A stretch of 64,000 nt of DNA from Gonapodya sp. JEL0774 (lineage: Eukaryota), in the NCBI GenBank assembly GCA_027604505.1, contig JADIIX010000009.1, positions 62,001 to 126,000 of the forward strand, given 5' to 3'. Below are positions 62,201-64,000 of the stretch, in pieces. A model generated the notes under the pieces. That model did no database searches. It saw only the letters and a program-made list of their open reading frames with translations, and was not told the DNA's origin. The translations under genes and the position numbers were made by a program. Each line of letters begins with the position of its first letter. Position 1 is the stretch's first letter.

Positions 62201-64000
62201 TGATGTCTGCTCACACCGAAACGGCTCCTTCGGTGAGCTTAGAGCCACTGGCGACAAACTCTACCGGATCCACAGCAAACGCGGCACAAATTGAAGTTTC
62301 CACCGTTGTCTCCAGTGATGTACCTGATCCCTCACATCGTACCCGAACTGCTGGTAACGACCTTGCCGGTTTATCTACGTCACATTCTCTACCTATTCGG
62401 AGTGAAGTTGCTTTGTCATCTAAGGGTAGGTCCTCTCGCCCTTCGGTGGAGAAAGCGTCCCGAGCCGCGACGACAGGACTCGACAGTGTGATGCAGAGTA
62501 TTCGAAAGATGCAAGCCGAAATGGAGGAGAAGGCTAAGAGAGGAAGGGAAGAGAGAGTGGACGTGGAGTTGAAGGACAAAGAGAGAGATGGTGAGGGCGC
62601 TGATTATCGGGTCGTTGTATTTGTTCACATTTCCTGGACAATGATGTTGTTGTGTTGATCCATTCAGCCTCCGAAAACATTTATCAGCACGGCGAGCGGC
62701 GACGATCCTCTACTTCGCATGACGAGTCAAATTTCGCATTTGGAAGACGAAAACGTCCCTCAGGCTCCGAATCCTCCAAACGAGACGGCAGTCTCAAAGA
62801 ACACAAGGGGACCGAATCAGGAGCTTCGGGAAGTCGTCGGCGGTCCACTTCTCCTGTACCTGCATTACCTCCTGATGGGCATCCCCCTCGACCCGGCTCA
62901 ACTGACCGGAAGGTCTGGTCGTCCGTTCCGCGCACGGACCTGAAAGGTGGCGTTGGACGTGGCCGGCGGATTAATCCGGAGACGGTGCTAGGTGGACCGG
63001 CGTCTGTTTCGGCAGGGGGTACTGCTCAGTCCTCCCCGGAGCCGACCCCAGAGTTTGCACCGGAATACCACGCGGCAAAGGACAAGGGAGAGAATGACCA
63101 AGGGAAGAGGAAAGAGAAACATCAGAGTATTTTTCCGAATGAAGGGCCATACAAGTTTTCGGTACCCGAAGCTATTTCTGAGGCGACCAAAACAGTCAAG
63201 CTCAATTTCTTCGCCCAGGGTGGGTTGACGCTTTATTGGAGTGAAACAACAGCCGTGCTTGATGCTTTTATTGACCGTGTCTTCATATTTCACTGTCGTT
63301 TCAGAGCAATCGGAGGCTATCGAGGCAAGTCAAGTGTCACAAGTCGTTTTGGGAGTGTCAGCAGCGGCCACGGGCATAGAGCACGAACCGTCTCTCACCG
63401 AAGCACTCCCTGAGCCCTCCAGTGCGGAAATGACGGCAGCTGTTCCCTCCCATGGCGAAGAGGGCAAGAATCTAGTAAAAATCGACGAAATCTGGGACCA
63501 GATACCTCCAACATCTTCTGAGAATTCTTATAAGAGAATAATGACGGACACAGAAGAGTCGGTTGCTCCTGAGATACCGTCTGGATCGTTGGAGGAATTG
63601 GATCGGCAACTAGGAGCGGCGGAGCCTCCAAAGAACCCGCTGTTTCAATCAGCACGAGCGGTCAATATGACGGGCCCTGCTCCTCATTCCACAGTGCCTA
63701 TGCTGGTACCAACAGCACATGGAGGCTATGCGCTGTTTCCCATTCACGCGCAACTGCTCACACAGGGCTTTCAGCCGAATTGGATATCGGTTCCACCGGG
63801 TATGATGGGTGGAATGCCACAGGGTGTCGTTGATGGTGGTAAGAAAATTGTCCCCGGGAATGTCCCGGGGCACATCATGCATCAATCAACCCACCCTCAG
63901 GTTCCGATTCAAATGTTGCCACAGGCATCTGGCACCTACTCGGCAATGATAAAACCTGTCCAACAGGGAGTACATTCGCCGTTCTTACCACGATCAGTGG
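59270..64000 (+). CDS. PRRC2/BAT2-like low-complexity protein, runs off the 3' window edge
   Basis: PKPVDLPSMKKQ...GSAWA...PWGG...EFPSA resembles BAT2_N; WIDDEEMDFSQVPVFDED resembles the PRRC2 W..E.DY..F.D motif; R/E coiled coil AARRRKEEEMRREREESERARRERLREFEER. Start and exons 59660-60480 unresolved. Confidence 0.6.

Noticed and set aside
1..64000. Transposons, tRNA/rRNA genes, CRISPR arrays, bacterial HGT genes
   Set aside because: No transposase/RT/integrase motifs, terminal repeats, cloverleafs, repeat-spacer arrays or intronless bacterial-like genes seen. Small ncRNAs cannot be excluded without a covariance-model search.

Overview
Gene-dense, intron-rich eukaryotic DNA, not prokaryotic. 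Most introns are short GT-AG introns of about 50-100 nt, so the ORF track shows only exon fragments. Fungal-type genes (MHR1/mL67, a Fungal_trans-like factor) sit alongside flagellar genes (CFAP58, IFT57, a lebercilin-domain protein), which points to a zoosporic (chytrid sensu lato) fungus. I cannot determine the species. I reconstructed about 23 protein-coding genes by eye. Recognisable ones are NDUFAF7, TRM82/WDR4, SEC6, TFIIIC-delta/Tfc8, TFG-like, a BET/Bdf1 double-bromodomain protein, CFAP58, U2AF1, MHR1, lebercilin-FN3, IFT57, RFC1, SEC31, DPH2, TRS130/TRAPPC10 and PRRC2/BAT2-like; the rest include a BRCT/coiled-coil protein and several orphans. I saw no rRNA, tRNA, CRISPR array or transposon, and no single unmistakable novel system. 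Best leads: a fungal TFG homologue; a lebercilin-4xFN3 fusion beside IFT57; a 10-nt microexon carrying a U2AF1 zinc-finger cysteine; long introns with G(T)-rich 5' ends and C(A)-rich 3' ends inside two GC-rich islands; a coiled coil with recurring HxxC motifs fused to BRCT; and co-oriented gene pairs under 70 nt apart. Gene coordinates include introns, and all identifications come from remembered motifs rather than database searches.
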